A stretch of DNA of 64,000 bases, from IMG/VR virus record IMGVR_UViG_3300025598_000030, positions 1 through 64,000 of that record. One strand, 5' to 3'. A program made the position numbers and the translations under genes. Every line of letters begins with the position of its first letter. Position 1 is the first letter of the stretch. Shown here piece after piece: positions 1 to 10,166 of this stretch. The notes under the pieces were generated by a model, which ran no database searches, was not told the origin of the DNA, and was given only the letters and a program-made list of their open reading frames with translations. This stretch comes from a virus.

Positions 1-251
1 AGAACAAACTTAAACAGATTGTATCCGAAGGGGTAACTGTTAAACAAGAAATTGAAGTCTTAACCGAAGGTCTCAATGATACTATTAAAGCAGTTGCAGA
101 AGAACTTGACATTTCAGTCGGTGAAATCAAGCAAGCAATTAATGTAGCCTCAAAAGGCAATTGGGATCAAGTTTGGAAGAAATTTGATACTGTTGAAACC
201 ATTCTTACGATTACCGGTCACGCAGTACGTAAAGAAGATGGCGAAGCGTAA
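1..251 (+). CDS. Partial (5'-truncated) small helical protein, DsbA/GapR-like dsDNA-binding protein
   Basis: Open frame from base 3 (NKLKQIVSEGVTVKQEIEVLTEGLNDTIKAVAEELDIS...EDGEA*) ending TAA 249-251; not in ORF track; pattern resembles T4 DsbA-type proteins. Confidence 0.55.
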   Translation, partial: NKLKQIVSEGVTVKQEIEVLTEGLNDTIKAVAEELDISVGEIKQAINVASKGNWDQVWKKFDTVETILTITGHAVRKEDGEA

Positions 252-274
252 ATAAATATTATTAGAACAAGGTT

Positions 275-327
275 TGGCCAGCCATAAATGGCCATGAGAT
301 GGTCTGTGAGCCATAAGTCACAAGGAG
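275..327 (+). promoter_or_regulatory. Twin hairpins with shared loop GCCATAAR directly upstream of the polymerase SD; candidate translational operator
   Basis: TGGCCA-GCCATAAA-TGGCCA (275-294) and TGTGA-GCCATAAG-TCACA (305-322), then AGGAG 323-327, ATG 335. Confidence 0.6.
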
Positions 328-334
328 AAAAAAT

Positions 335-3037
335 ATGAGTTACGTTGATTCCATGTGGGATCGCGAAAATGACATTGTGCATGTCGTTGAACGTGATCCT
401 ATAAAAGGAAGAATATATCAGCAACACCCTGCAAGATATGTTTTTTACTATCCAGATAGTAGAGGAAAATATACCAGTATCTTTGGTACTCCTCTAAACC
501 GAGTAACATCTAAAAGTTGGAAAGAACATACAAAAGAGCAAAGGATTTATAGCGGTCACAAATTATTTGAAAGTGACATCAATCCTATCTTTCGTTGTTT
601 AGAAGAAAATTATCTCGGTAAAGAACCGCCAAAACTAAATGTAGCGTTCTTTGATATTGAAGTTGATTTTGATCCTGAAAGAGGATATGCAACGCCCGAC
701 GATGCATTTATGCCTATCACTGCGATTTCAGTTCATCTTCAATGGCTCGATACTTTAGTATGTTTGGCGATTCCTCCGAAAACATTGAAAATGGATCAAG
801 CGCAGGAATTAATTAAAGATTTTCCTAATACCATGTTATTTGAAACAGAATATGAGTTGCTTGATACATTTTTGCATCTTATTGAAGATGCAGATGTGTT
901 AACAGGGTGGAATTCAGAAGGATTCGATATTCCGTATACTGTTAATCGTGTTATTAAGACTTTGAGTAAAGAAGATACCAAACGATTCTGTCTTTGGAAC
1001 CAACTTCCGAAACGTAGAGAATATGAAAAATTCGGTAAAACATCTGTTACCTATGACATCGTAGGGCGCGTACATTTAGATAGTTTGGCATTATATAGAA
1101 AATATACATATGAAGAACGACATAGTTGGAAACTTGATTCAGTCGCTGAAGATGAGCTAGGCGAACGTAAAACTCAATACGAAGGCACACTTGATCAATT
1201 ATATAATAACGATTTTAAGACTTTCATTGAATATAATAGACAAGACTGTGCAATTTTAGAAAAACTCGATAAAAAATTGAAGTTTATCGACTTAGCTAAT
1301 ACAATTGCACATGAAAATACTGTATTGCTTCAAACTACTATGGGTGCAGTTGCTGTTACTGAACAAGCAATTATCAACGAAGCACATCATTTAGGATTAA
1401 TTGTTCCTAGTAGAGATAAAACTACTAAAGTAGAAGAACACACTTCAGATGATGAAGATGATATCGATGATAAAGCAGCAGGTGCATATGTAGCATATCC
1501 TAAAAAAGGGCTGCATGATTGGCTAGGATCTATGGACATTAATAGCCTGTATCCTTCAGTTATTCGTGCATTAAACATGGGTCCGGAAACAATTATCGGT
1601 CAACTTCGACAGGATTACACCAGAGAAGAAATCGAATCCAAAATGGCCAAGAATGGCGGAAAGTTCGCGTTGGCTTGGGAAGGTAAATTTGCTAGTAACG
1701 AGTTTGAATTAGTAATGTCTCGTGATAAAGCTAAAGAAATCACTATAGATTGGGAAGATGGCAAAAGTGATACGTTATCAGGTGCAGAAATCTATGAATT
1801 AATTTATGAAAATAATAATCCATGGATGCTAAGTGCTAATGGAACTATCTTTACATACGAAAAAGAAGGCATTATCCCTGGGTTATTAGCACGTTGGTAT
1901 AAAGAACGTAAAGAACTTCAGAAAAAACTCAAAGAAGCAATCGATGCCGGTAATAAGATTGAAGAAGAATACTGGGATAAAAGACAATTAGTTAAAAAGA
2001 TTAATCTAAATAGTCTCTATGGTGCAATTCTAAATGCAGGCTGTAGATTCTTTGATAACAGAATTGGTCAATCGACTACATTAACCGGTCGTCGTATTGC
2101 AAGACATATGGCTTCTAAGATTAATGAAATTATCACAGGCGAATATGATCATTTAGGTAAAGCAATTATCTATGGTGATACCGACTCTGCATATTTCAGT
2201 GCCTATACTACATTAAAGAATGAAATTAACAAAGGGCTCATATCCTGGGATAAGGATACAGTTATTCAATTGTACAACACAGTAGCGGAGGAAGTTAATG
2301 GTACATTCCCTCAATTCATGCTAAACGACTTTCATTGTCCTAAAAAACGAGGAGAAGTTATTAAAGCAGGTCGAGAGATTGTTGCTATTAAAGGGCTTTT
2401 TATTACTAAGAAGCGTTATGCTGTACTTTATTACGATAAAGACGGAAAACGACAAGATGTTAATGGAAAACCCGGTAAGATTAAGGCTATGGGATTGGAT
2501 CTTAAACGTAGTGATACTCCGGAATTTATGCAAGATTTTCTTAGTGAAATCCTAAATAAAGTATTAACCGGAGCTGGAGAGGAAGAGATTTTAGAAAGAA
2601 TTTTAGAATTCCGTACTGAATTTAAATCTCGACCAGGTTGGGAAAAAGGTAGCCCTAAGAGAGCTAATAAAATCACCGATTATCAAGCTAGAGAACAAAA
2701 AGATGGTAAAATTGATATGCCTGGGCATGTACGTGCAAGTATCAATTGGAATACTCTAAAGAGAGCACACAGTGATAAACATTCTATTAATATTGTTGAT
2801 GGAATGAAAGTAATTGTATGTAAACTTAAAGATAATCCGTTAGGATTTACTAGTGTAGCATATCCTACAGATGAACTAAGATTACCGAAATGGTTCCAAG
2901 AATTACCATTTGATCATGATGAAATGGAAATAGCGATTATTAATAAAAAATTGAAAAATCTTATCGGTGTTCTTGAATGGGATTTAGAATCTACCACAAG
3001 AAACAATACATTTAATGATTTGTTTACATTCGAATAA
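335..3037 (+). CDS. Family B DNA polymerase (T4 gp43-like)
   Basis: Exo motifs FDIEV, GWNSEGFDIPY, YNRQD; polymerase motifs DINSLYPS, KINLNSLYG, YGDTDS; C-terminal clamp-binding-like tail FNDLFTFE. Confidence 0.97.
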   Translation: MSYVDSMWDRENDIVHVVERDPIKGRIYQQHPARYVFYYPDSRGKYTSIFGTPLNRVTSKSWKEHTKEQRIYSGHKLFESDINPIFRCLEENYLGKEPPKLNVAFFDIEVDFDPERGYATPDDAFMPITAISVHLQWLDTLVCLAIPPKTLKMDQAQELIKDFPNTMLFETEYELLDTFLHLIEDADVLTGWNSEGFDIPYTVNRVIKTLSKEDTKRFCLWNQLPKRREYEKFGKTSVTYDIVGRVHLDSLALYRKYTYEERHSWKLDSVAEDELGERKTQYEGTLDQLYNNDFKTFIEYNRQDCAILEKLDKKLKFIDLANTIAHENTVLLQTTMGAVAVTEQAIINEAHHLGLIVPSRDKTTKVEEHTSDDEDDIDDKAAGAYVAYPKKGLHDWLGSMDINSLYPSVIRALNMGPETIIGQLRQDYTREEIESKMAKNGGKFALAWEGKFASNEFELVMSRDKAKEITIDWEDGKSDTLSGAEIYELIYENNNPWMLSANGTIFTYEKEGIIPGLLARWYKERKELQKKLKEAIDAGNKIEEEYWDKRQLVKKINLNSLYGAILNAGCRFFDNRIGQSTTLTGRRIARHMASKINEIITGEYDHLGKAIIYGDTDSAYFSAYTTLKNEINKGLISWDKDTVIQLYNTVAEEVNGTFPQFMLNDFHCPKKRGEVIKAGREIVAIKGLFITKKRYAVLYYDKDGKRQDVNGKPGKIKAMGLDLKRSDTPEFMQDFLSEILNKVLTGAGEEEILERILEFRTEFKSRPGWEKGSPKRANKITDYQAREQKDGKIDMPGHVRASINWNTLKRAHSDKHSINIVDGMKVIVCKLKDNPLGFTSVAYPTDELRLPKWFQELPFDHDEMEIAIINKKLKNLIGVLEWDLESTTRNNTFNDLFTFE

Positions 3038-3051
3038 AAATAGTATATACT
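3023..3051 (+). promoter_or_regulatory. Candidate sigma70-type promoter
   Basis: TTTACA-17 bp-TATACT upstream of ORF 3073. Confidence 0.4.
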
Positions 3052-3072
3052 AATTCAAAAGGAAATATAAAA

Positions 3073-3807
3073 ATGCAAGAAATTTTAAAAGATATTGTGA
3101 GTCATACACACAATTTAGGCTTTCTAGATATTCTAAAAGTCACGGGTGATAAAAACTCAACTAAGATTGATTCTCTTTCAGCGGATCGGTCAGTAATCAT
3201 GTATTGCGAAACCGCTAAACCATATGAAGATATGATTGGGGTTTTTGGTATGCAGCAACTTAGCAAACTAAAATATTTGCTCGATGGCAGTGAATATAAA
3301 GATGATGCTAAGATTGAACTAGTCAAAGTTGATAGGAATGGAGAAAAAATACCATTTGGCATCCATTTTGAAAATAAATCAGGCGATTTTAAGAATGATT
3401 ATCGTTTTATGAACGCAGATATTGTTAATGAAAAGCTCAAGACCGTTAAATTCCGTGGGGCTAACTGGAATGTTGAGGTAACTCCTTCCTTACAAGCAAT
3501 TCAGCGCTTTCAGTTTCAAGCAGGCGCTAATAACGAGCATACTACATTCTTGGTTAAAGTAGAAAATAATAATTTGAAATTTATTTTCGGCGATCAGAGT
3601 TCACACGGTGGCGAATTTGTGTTTGCCTCTGATGTTACTGGTAAGCTATCTCATTCTCATACATGGCCAGTTCAGGCAATTTTAAGTATCTTAAAAATTG
3701 CAGATGTCAATACCTGTAAACTCAGCATTAGTGATGCCGGTGCTTTACAGATCACTATGGATAGTGGGTTAGCTACTTACAAATATATTATTCCAGCTAA
3801 GGCTTAA
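3073..3807 (+). CDS. Probable DNA sliding clamp (gp45/PCNA-like)
   Basis: 244 aa, follows polymerase, beta-rich two-domain pattern ending ...YKYIIPAKA as in PCNA/gp45-like clamps. Confidence 0.6.
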   Translation: MQEILKDIVSHTHNLGFLDILKVTGDKNSTKIDSLSADRSVIMYCETAKPYEDMIGVFGMQQLSKLKYLLDGSEYKDDAKIELVKVDRNGEKIPFGIHFENKSGDFKNDYRFMNADIVNEKLKTVKFRGANWNVEVTPSLQAIQRFQFQAGANNEHTTFLVKVENNNLKFIFGDQSSHGGEFVFASDVTGKLSHSHTWPVQAILSILKIADVNTCKLSISDAGALQITMDSGLATYKYIIPAKA

Positions 3808-3851
3808 AAATGATTAAAGGTGAATAATAATAGGTATATATAGCAAGTAAG

Positions 3852-3859
3852 TATAAATA
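3852..3859 (+). promoter_or_regulatory. T4-type late promoter
   Basis: TATAAATA upstream of SD AGGAG and ATG 3879. Confidence 0.6.
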
Positions 3860-3878
3860 AACATATAGGAGAACTATT

Positions 3879-4559
3879 ATGTTTTATGTATATGCTTATT
3901 TGAGAACTAAAGATTTAACACCGTATTATATTGGTAAAGGAAAAGATGACAGAGCGTGGCAAAAGTCTCACTCTGTTATTGTTCCTAAAGACCTAAATAG
4001 GATTATTATATTAGAAACAAATTTAACAGAGCTTGGAGCATTTGCTATTGAGCGTAGAATGATCCGTTGGTATGGTCGAAAAGATATAGGTACAGGTATT
4101 TTACATAATAGGACAGACGGTGGTGATGGATCGGCAGGCATTATTCCATGGAACAAAGATATAAAAACTGGGTCGTATCTATCAGAAAAGGGGAGAAAGA
4201 CTATTTCCGAAGCAAATAAGAAACCAAGAAAAGATACGCACAAAGAAAGAATATCAGAAGCGTTAAAAGGTAAAACAAAATCAGAAGAGCATAGAAAAAA
4301 ATTAAGCGAAGCTGGTAAAGGTAAAACTCCTTGGAATAAAGGCAAGACAGGTGTTCAAAAAGGTTCGAGATTAGGAGTAGAAGTAAGTGCTGAAACCCGT
4401 GCTAAAATGAGTGCCGCACAAAAAGGTAAAGTAATGTCGGACTTGCAAAAAGAAAAAATAAGTGCTACACTTAAAGGTAGAAAAATGTCAGACGAAACTA
4501 AAAGAAAAATGTCAGAGGCAAGAAAAAAATTATGGGAACAAAAACGAAATGAAAAGTAG
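3879..4559 (+). CDS. GIY-YIG-type homing endonuclease with NUMOD3 repeats
   Basis: N-terminal YVY...YYIGKG...E...N catalytic pattern; repeated [48 protein letters not shown]; own late promoter. Confidence 0.88.
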   Translation: MFYVYAYLRTKDLTPYYIGKGKDDRAWQKSHSVIVPKDLNRIIILETNLTELGAFAIERRMIRWYGRKDIGTGILHNRTDGGDGSAGIIPWNKDIKTGSYLSEKGRKTISEANKKPRKDTHKERISEALKGKTKSEEHRKKLSEAGKGKTPWNKGKTGVQKGSRLGVEVSAETRAKMSAAQKGKVMSDLQKEKISATLKGRKMSDETKRKMSEARKKLWEQKRNEK

Positions 4560-6195
4560 ACCACCAGTAGATTTAAGTGTATTGAATAAGGATTATGCCT
4601 GCTATTTGCCAGCAATCAGCTCGTTCTATTCAACTTATGTTGCTAAACAACGTTTAGAAGAGTATGTTCCTAAAGATCGTATCCCTAAATCATTCGATCG
4701 TGGGATCGAAGGCATGAACTTTCTTAATCCGGAAGAAGGTTATTTTACCTACAAATACGGTCTTTATTCTGCAGGTCACGCACAATTAGATCTTAATAAG
4801 AGTCTTGTACAAGAATCTATGATTCAGCAACGAGATCGAGCTAATACTATGATCTTAGGTGACTCAGGTGGCTATCAAATCGGTAAAGGTGTACTTAAAT
4901 TTGATTGGTTAAACTTCGAAGGAGCTGCTGCTAATAAGACTAGGCAGCAGATCCTCGAATGGCTAGAGCTTACAGCCGACTGGTCAATGATGCTCGATGT
5001 ACCAACTTGGGCTTGTGATCACATTCATAGTCCCAAAACTGGGCTAAAAACTTTCGAAGATTGTCTCGATAAAACAAAATTTAACAATGAATATTTCTTA
5101 AAAAATCGTCTAGGCCAGACTAAATTCTTGAATGTATTGCAGGGAAGTGACTGGGATACTGCGGAAAAATGGTATAACGGTGTTAAGGAATTCAGTGACA
5201 ATAAAGTTTGGGGTGATAAAGCTGCAGAAGGGTGGGCATTCGGTGGTGCAAATATGTGTAAGATGGATATTACACTAAAGCGTTTAATGACTATGCGCGA
5301 AGAAGGAATGTTAACCGGCAAAGATTGGATACATTTCCTAGGAACTGCACAACTAGATTGGAGTGTATTCTTGACCAGTATACAACGTCAAATTAGAAAA
5401 CATATTAACCCTAATCTTACTATTAGTTTCGACTGTGCAAGTCCATTTATTGCAACTGCTCACGGGTTGGTATACACAACTGCGCAGCATAGCAAAAAGC
5501 GCTGGTCGATTCTCATGGATAAAGCACCAGATAATAAAGCACTTGCTAATAGCGATATTCCGTTTCCATTTGAAAGCGAGATCGGACGTAGATTGGAAAT
5601 GGGCGACATTTGTTATTATGATCTAGGCACTCCGAAAACTAATGCAGAATTAGGTGTAGATAAGCAAGGTAATCAAATCGAATTCAATCCTGCTAATCCA
5701 GATCATTATTCTACAATTCCTAAGATGAATAAGATCGGAAAAATCGGTAAGACTAGCTGGGATAGTTTCAGTTATGCACTAATGATGTCACATAATGTAT
5801 ACTGTCATATTGCTGCTGTACAAAAAGCTAATCAATTAGTTGATATCGAACGTGCTAGATTTAAGCCTGATTGGCGTCATTGGATTAAACTTAGTGCAAA
5901 GAATTCAGATGGAGACGAGTTTTCTGATTGGGTTCCACGTAATATTTTATATTTCGATCGTTTTGTCGAAGAGTTATTCGAAACTAAAAATAAAAAAGAA
6001 GCATTTGCTATGATTGAAAGAGCAATGCCTTTCTTAAAAGCGCTAGAAGGAGCTCGATTGCGTGGGGGTCCTGATCAAAATCATTTTAATGCATTATTTG
6101 ATCTAGAAGAAGTTACGGCTCAAAATGAAATTGATCTAGCTCACCCGGATGATCCTAAACTCCAAGCACTTTCGGAATTACTTGATAACGATTAA
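4549..6195 (+). CDS. tRNA-guanine transglycosylase-like protein (DpdA-type DNA base-exchange enzyme)
   Basis: TGT-fold motifs DSGGYQ, MMLDVP, NVLQG, GWAFGG, IHFLG, SFDCAS, HN; neighbours folE/queE; likely start ATG 4549 rather than 4462. Confidence 0.8.
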   Translation: MKSRPPVDLSVLNKDYACYLPAISSFYSTYVAKQRLEEYVPKDRIPKSFDRGIEGMNFLNPEEGYFTYKYGLYSAGHAQLDLNKSLVQESMIQQRDRANTMILGDSGGYQIGKGVLKFDWLNFEGAAANKTRQQILEWLELTADWSMMLDVPTWACDHIHSPKTGLKTFEDCLDKTKFNNEYFLKNRLGQTKFLNVLQGSDWDTAEKWYNGVKEFSDNKVWGDKAAEGWAFGGANMCKMDITLKRLMTMREEGMLTGKDWIHFLGTAQLDWSVFLTSIQRQIRKHINPNLTISFDCASPFIATAHGLVYTTAQHSKKRWSILMDKAPDNKALANSDIPFPFESEIGRRLEMGDICYYDLGTPKTNAELGVDKQGNQIEFNPANPDHYSTIPKMNKIGKIGKTSWDSFSYALMMSHNVYCHIAAVQKANQLVDIERARFKPDWRHWIKLSAKNSDGDEFSDWVPRNILYFDRFVEELFETKNKKEAFAMIERAMPFLKALEGARLRGGPDQNHFNALFDLEEVTAQNEIDLAHPDDPKLQALSELLDND

Positions 6196-6216
6196 TACAA
6201 TTAATGGTGAAATAAT

Positions 6217-6753
6217 ATGAAAAGAGATTACATAACTGGCGTATCTGAAGATGTTATGTTCTTTGTAGGTACAGAGGTTGAAAAGACTCCGGCTTATGGA
6301 ATGAAAACATTGTTTGTAACGGGCTTGCAACCTATTGCAGAAATTGAGAAAATGCTCGATGACCCATTCTTGACCATTGGAAGTTCCGTTACACATATTT
6401 TCTTTGGAGCTAATCATAGTTTTAATCCTAAAGAATATAAAGAATGGGCCGCTTGGGAAAATATGATCACACATTTCCTTGAGAAGGATTATTGGTGTAG
6501 TTTAGATATTCCTATGTCTGCTGTTGAAGAATTTAATGATGGTGTATTAAACGACTATGCTAATTTTATTCCTCAAATTATGATTCCGATTCCTTATATT
6601 AAATTATGGAATTACAATACTATGATTAAAATTGATGATAAAGATTTTAAGGCGACTAATCCCGGAGTTTGGACACATAGCCTGCATGATCTCAAAGATC
6701 GAAACAAATTCACAGATTGGTCACAATATAAAAACGATACGGTGTTAAAATGA
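6217..6753 (+). CDS. Hypothetical protein in deazaguanine cluster
   Basis: 178-aa ORF with globular composition (FVGTEVEKTP, HIFFGANHSF, NPGVWTHSLH). Confidence 0.7.
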   Translation: MKRDYITGVSEDVMFFVGTEVEKTPAYGMKTLFVTGLQPIAEIEKMLDDPFLTIGSSVTHIFFGANHSFNPKEYKEWAAWENMITHFLEKDYWCSLDIPMSAVEEFNDGVLNDYANFIPQIMIPIPYIKLWNYNTMIKIDDKDFKATNPGVWTHSLHDLKDRNKFTDWSQYKNDTVLK

Positions 6754-7166
6754 ATTCATTAATTAATCAATGGGCTCCGGAATGTGCTGTTACTGGTTGC
6801 ACTAATCGGGTTGGATATCATAAATCTTGGGATCGACCCGATGGAACTCCGGCAGCAAAATGGAAAGTATTCTGTGAGCATCACCGAGGCAAAGGAAAAA
6901 AAGAAGCAGATATCTGGAAATTAGAGCAAGGGTGCGCTAATAAAAATAAGAAACATTATAATTTCGAATGTTTCACAACAAAAATTGTCATTCCGGATCA
7001 ATTAGATGTTAATCATATCGATGGTGATAAAAGAAATGGATCGGTTGAAAATTTAGAAATTTTATGTAAAAATTGTCATGTTATTGTGACAAAGTTAAAA
7101 GATCACCATAAAAATAGATATGTTAATGCTGTAAATTTAAACCCTAAACTATTCGAGGTTGTATGA
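6750..7166 (+). CDS. HNH endonuclease
   Basis: LDVNHIDGDKRNGSVENLEILCKNCH HNH signature plus N-terminal Cys/His cluster. Confidence 0.85.
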   Translation: MNSLINQWAPECAVTGCTNRVGYHKSWDRPDGTPAAKWKVFCEHHRGKGKKEADIWKLEQGCANKNKKHYNFECFTTKIVIPDQLDVNHIDGDKRNGSVENLEILCKNCHVIVTKLKDHHKNRYVNAVNLNPKLFEVV

Positions 7167-7534
7167 CTACACAAGATATGATGATTTGGTGTTCCTTCCA
7201 AAAAGAAGGAATACATTGTTATCCAGCAGCAGCTACCGATCCTATGCTAGCAGATGTTAGTTTTCTAGGATTTCCACACCGGCATATTTTCCATTTTAAG
7301 GTATGGATCGAAGTATTCGATGACGATCGAGAAATTGAATTTATCCAATTTAAACGTTGGTTGCAGGACTTGTATAAAGATAGTATACTAAGTCTAGATC
7401 ATAAGAGTTGTGAAATGATTGCTAAGGATTTACATGAAGTAATTCACAACAAATATGGCGCCAGAAATATCTGGATTGAGGTAAGTGAAGACAACGAAAA
7501 TGGTTGCTTCATTAAGTTTAACAATAGATGGTGA
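7163..7534 (+). CDS. QueD-like T-fold protein (DpdL-like CDG decarboxylase candidate)
   Basis: GIHCYP...LGFPHRHIFH...SCEMIA...EVSEDNENG; T-fold QueD-like pattern with LxxxHRHxF instead of canonical CxxxHGH. Confidence 0.7.
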   Translation: MTTQDMMIWCSFQKEGIHCYPAAATDPMLADVSFLGFPHRHIFHFKVWIEVFDDDREIEFIQFKRWLQDLYKDSILSLDHKSCEMIAKDLHEVIHNKYGARNIWIEVSEDNENGCFIKFNNRW

Positions 7535-7546
7535 GGATTTTTTTAA

Positions 7547-7756
7547 ATGGCTAATTATAAGACTCGTTCGATGAAACCCGAAGTTGTTCGTATTTACGAG
7601 GACCTCGAAGCTTGGTTGGATCACTGCAGGTTCAATCTGCTGCGGTTTGATCCGGCGGACCTTTATAAGTCGAAGGAATGGCGAGACTTTTCTGCAAAGA
7701 TGAATGGCGACCGGCGAGGTTATCGGCGAGAGCGCAGTCACAGGAATAAGGAATGA
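7547..7756 (+). CDS. Hypothetical protein
   Basis: 69-aa ORF with SD GAGG, overlaps next start. Confidence 0.6.
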   Translation: MANYKTRSMKPEVVRIYEDLEAWLDHCRFNLLRFDPADLYKSKEWRDFSAKMNGDRRGYRRERSHRNKE

Positions 7757-8847
7757 CTGTTTATGTAATAGACTTAGAAAGTGTTCCAACTAGATATACC
7801 TGCGAATGGAAGACCAGTGTACCTACACTATTACGCAATCACGGACTTGATGTAAACGTAATCTCAGGCCCTTCAGATATTCCTAATGCTACTACGCCTG
7901 GTGCATTTCTTAACTTTGGTGGTACAAATGTATACAAATCTAGTCAAGTTGAACAAATTTCTCGTTTATTTTGCTCAGGAACAGTTCATGCTGGGGATCA
8001 TTTTCTTTTTACGGATGCTTGGCATCCTGGTATCATAAATCTCAAATATATGAGCGAATTGTTGCAGATTCCTGTGACAATTCACGCATTATGGCATGCA
8101 GGTAGCTATGATCCTGAAGATTTCTTAGGTAGATTGATCGGTGATAAACCATGGGTTAGACATGCTGAAAAAAGCATGTATTGGGCAATAGATCATAATT
8201 ATTTTGCAACAGATTTTCATATAAAAATGTTTTTTGATAATCTCCTGCATAATGGATCCACATCTACAAATCCTTGGTATCACGATGACTGGTTGGAACG
8301 ATTCGATGGGGATAAAATTGTACGTAGTGGTTGGCCGATGGAATATATGGAAGATACACTAACTGTGTATAAGAATATGCCCAAGCGTGACTTAATTCTT
8401 TTTCCGCATCGTATTGCTCCGGAAAAACAAGTAGAAATTTTTAGAGATCTTAAAGAACATTTACCGCAATATGAATTTGTAGTCTGCCAAGATCAGCAGT
8501 TAACTAAAAATGAATATCATAACTTGTTAGGCGAAGCAAAGCTAGTATTCAGTGCGAATCTACAAGAAACATTAGGTATTAGTTGCTATGAAGGCGCGTT
8601 AGTTGATGCAATACCGATGGTTCCTGATCGTCTAAGCTATTCAGAAATGTATTTTGAAACATTTAAATATCCTAGCGAATGGACTGAGAATTTCACTGCA
8701 TATGAAAATCATCGTGAAGAATTGTGTAATAAAATTGTTAATCATATGGAATTTTATGAAACTCGATTACCAACTTTGAAAAAACAAACAGAAATCTTAA
8801 CTAAAGATTTTTTTAGTGCAAATGAAATTTTAAAAAGATTAATTTGA
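7753..8847 (+). CDS. GT-B fold glycosyltransferase
   Basis: FPHRIAPEKQ and LQETLGISCYEG...PMVP motifs of GT4-like nucleotide-sugar binding domain. Confidence 0.8.
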   Translation: MTVYVIDLESVPTRYTCEWKTSVPTLLRNHGLDVNVISGPSDIPNATTPGAFLNFGGTNVYKSSQVEQISRLFCSGTVHAGDHFLFTDAWHPGIINLKYMSELLQIPVTIHALWHAGSYDPEDFLGRLIGDKPWVRHAEKSMYWAIDHNYFATDFHIKMFFDNLLHNGSTSTNPWYHDDWLERFDGDKIVRSGWPMEYMEDTLTVYKNMPKRDLILFPHRIAPEKQVEIFRDLKEHLPQYEFVVCQDQQLTKNEYHNLLGEAKLVFSANLQETLGISCYEGALVDAIPMVPDRLSYSEMYFETFKYPSEWTENFTAYENHREELCNKIVNHMEFYETRLPTLKKQTEILTKDFFSANEILKRLI

Positions 8848-8872
8848 CACCACCTAAATAATATTGTATTAT
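8844..8872 (+). promoter_or_regulatory. Sigma70-type promoter with embedded TAAATA late motif upstream of folE
   Basis: TTGACA (8844-8849)-17 bp-TATTAT (8867-8872); TAAATA at 8855-8860. Confidence 0.6.
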
Positions 8873-8916
8873 AAATCATAACGTCATCCACGACGAAAAC
8901 TCGGAGAATAATTATA

Positions 8917-9609
8917 ATGAACGATGTAGGCAAAAATATAAGCGAAGTAATTCGCGATCGAATTCAACGATCAGGTGAACGATTTCACAGCAATGATAAC
9001 ATTTCAAAATTTATCTATAACGACAAAGAACTAGAACTTCTAGTTGATGAAGTTACTAATAAATTTCAAGGTGTTTTAGAAAGTTTGATCATTGATACTA
9101 AACATGATCACAACACAAATGATACTGCACGACGTGTGGCTAAAATGTTTGTTAAAGAAACATTTAGTGGTAGGTATCGACCAGTCCCTAAGGTTACAGC
9201 ATTTCCGAATATGGGTTACAAGAGCCTGTATACTACAGGACCTATTAGCATTCGTAGTACTTGTGCACATCATTTTCAGAATATTGTCGGTAAGTGTTGG
9301 GTAGGCATTGTGCCAGAAGATGAAGTGATCGGACTTAGTAAGTTTAATCGTCTTGTTCATCATATCTGTGAAAGACCGCAAATTCAAGAAGAAATGACTA
9401 CGCAGATTGCTGAAGCACTTAAGGAATATGCTAAGACTGAACATATTGCTGTTGTAGTTAAAGCAGAACACTTCTGTATGACGCAAAGAGGAGTGCGAGA
9501 ACACGAAAGCGATATGACTACAGCAATTATGCTAGGTGCTTTTAACCGTGATCCTGCATTAAAGAAAGAATTTTATGACATTTGTCTAAGCATGAAAGGA
9601 CACGGATAA
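8917..9609 (+). CDS. folE: GTP cyclohydrolase I
   Basis: TARRVAKM, STCAHHF, IGLSKFNR, RPQIQE, HFCMTQRGV motifs. Confidence 0.96.
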   Translation: MNDVGKNISEVIRDRIQRSGERFHSNDNISKFIYNDKELELLVDEVTNKFQGVLESLIIDTKHDHNTNDTARRVAKMFVKETFSGRYRPVPKVTAFPNMGYKSLYTTGPISIRSTCAHHFQNIVGKCWVGIVPEDEVIGLSKFNRLVHHICERPQIQEEMTTQIAEALKEYAKTEHIAVVVKAEHFCMTQRGVREHESDMTTAIMLGAFNRDPALKKEFYDICLSMKGHG

Positions 9610-10166
9610 TGAATAAACTAATTATCGATTATCAAGAATATAAATTTTTAGTTTCAAAAATCTGTCGTGATATTACTTTATCAGGTTGGAAACCCGACTA
9701 TATTGTAGGAATCACTCGTGGCGGATTGCTTCCTGCAGTAATGATTAGTCATTATTTTAATGTTCCGTGCCAAACTCTTAAAGTTAGCCTTCGAGATAGC
9801 GGCAACAATGATACAGAATCTAACTGTTGGATGGCCGACAATGCAATTGGGTATAAATTGAGAGACAACAATGATAAAACTTCAGGATTTAGTGATCCTG
9901 AAAGTAGAAAAAATATTCTTATTGTTGACGATATCAATGATACTGGTGCTACATTTAATTGGATATTAAAAGACTGGCCTTTGAGCTGTTTAAGAGATGA
10001 TCCTGCATGGAATGATGTTTGGAACGGCAACGTGAAGTTTGCAGTTCTTGTTGATAATCTTTCAAGTATTTCCCAAGTTAAAATGGACTATCAAGGTATT
10101 GAGATTAATAAAGCAAACAACGATCTTTGGGTAGAGTTTCCTTGGGAAAATTGGTGGTTAAAATGA
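9609..10166 (+). CDS. Type I phosphoribosyltransferase (purine PRT-like)
   Basis: VGITRGG loop, PRPP motif ILIVDDINDTGAT, WVEFPWE; start ATG 9609 overlapping folE stop. Confidence 0.9.
   Translation: MNKLIIDYQEYKFLVSKICRDITLSGWKPDYIVGITRGGLLPAVMISHYFNVPCQTLKVSLRDSGNNDTESNCWMADNAIGYKLRDNNDKTSGFSDPESRKNILIVDDINDTGATFNWILKDWPLSCLRDDPAWNDVWNGNVKFAVLVDNLSSISQVKMDYQGIEINKANNDLWVEFPWENWWLK

Noticed and set aside
335-3037. Intein or intron in DNA polymerase
   Set aside because: Normal length, motifs contiguous; only a short acidic loop insertion
3810-3827. Mini-ORF MIKGE* after the clamp gene as remnant of a gene broken by the endonuclease insertion
   Set aside because: Too short to support without comparative genomes
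4462-4548. Extended N-terminus of TGT-like ORF (and similar extensions at 9582, 10127, 11357, 16256, 26276, 52415, 62841)
   Set aside because: Artefacts of the longest-ORF rule overlapping upstream genes; downstream ATGs give better coupling or SD
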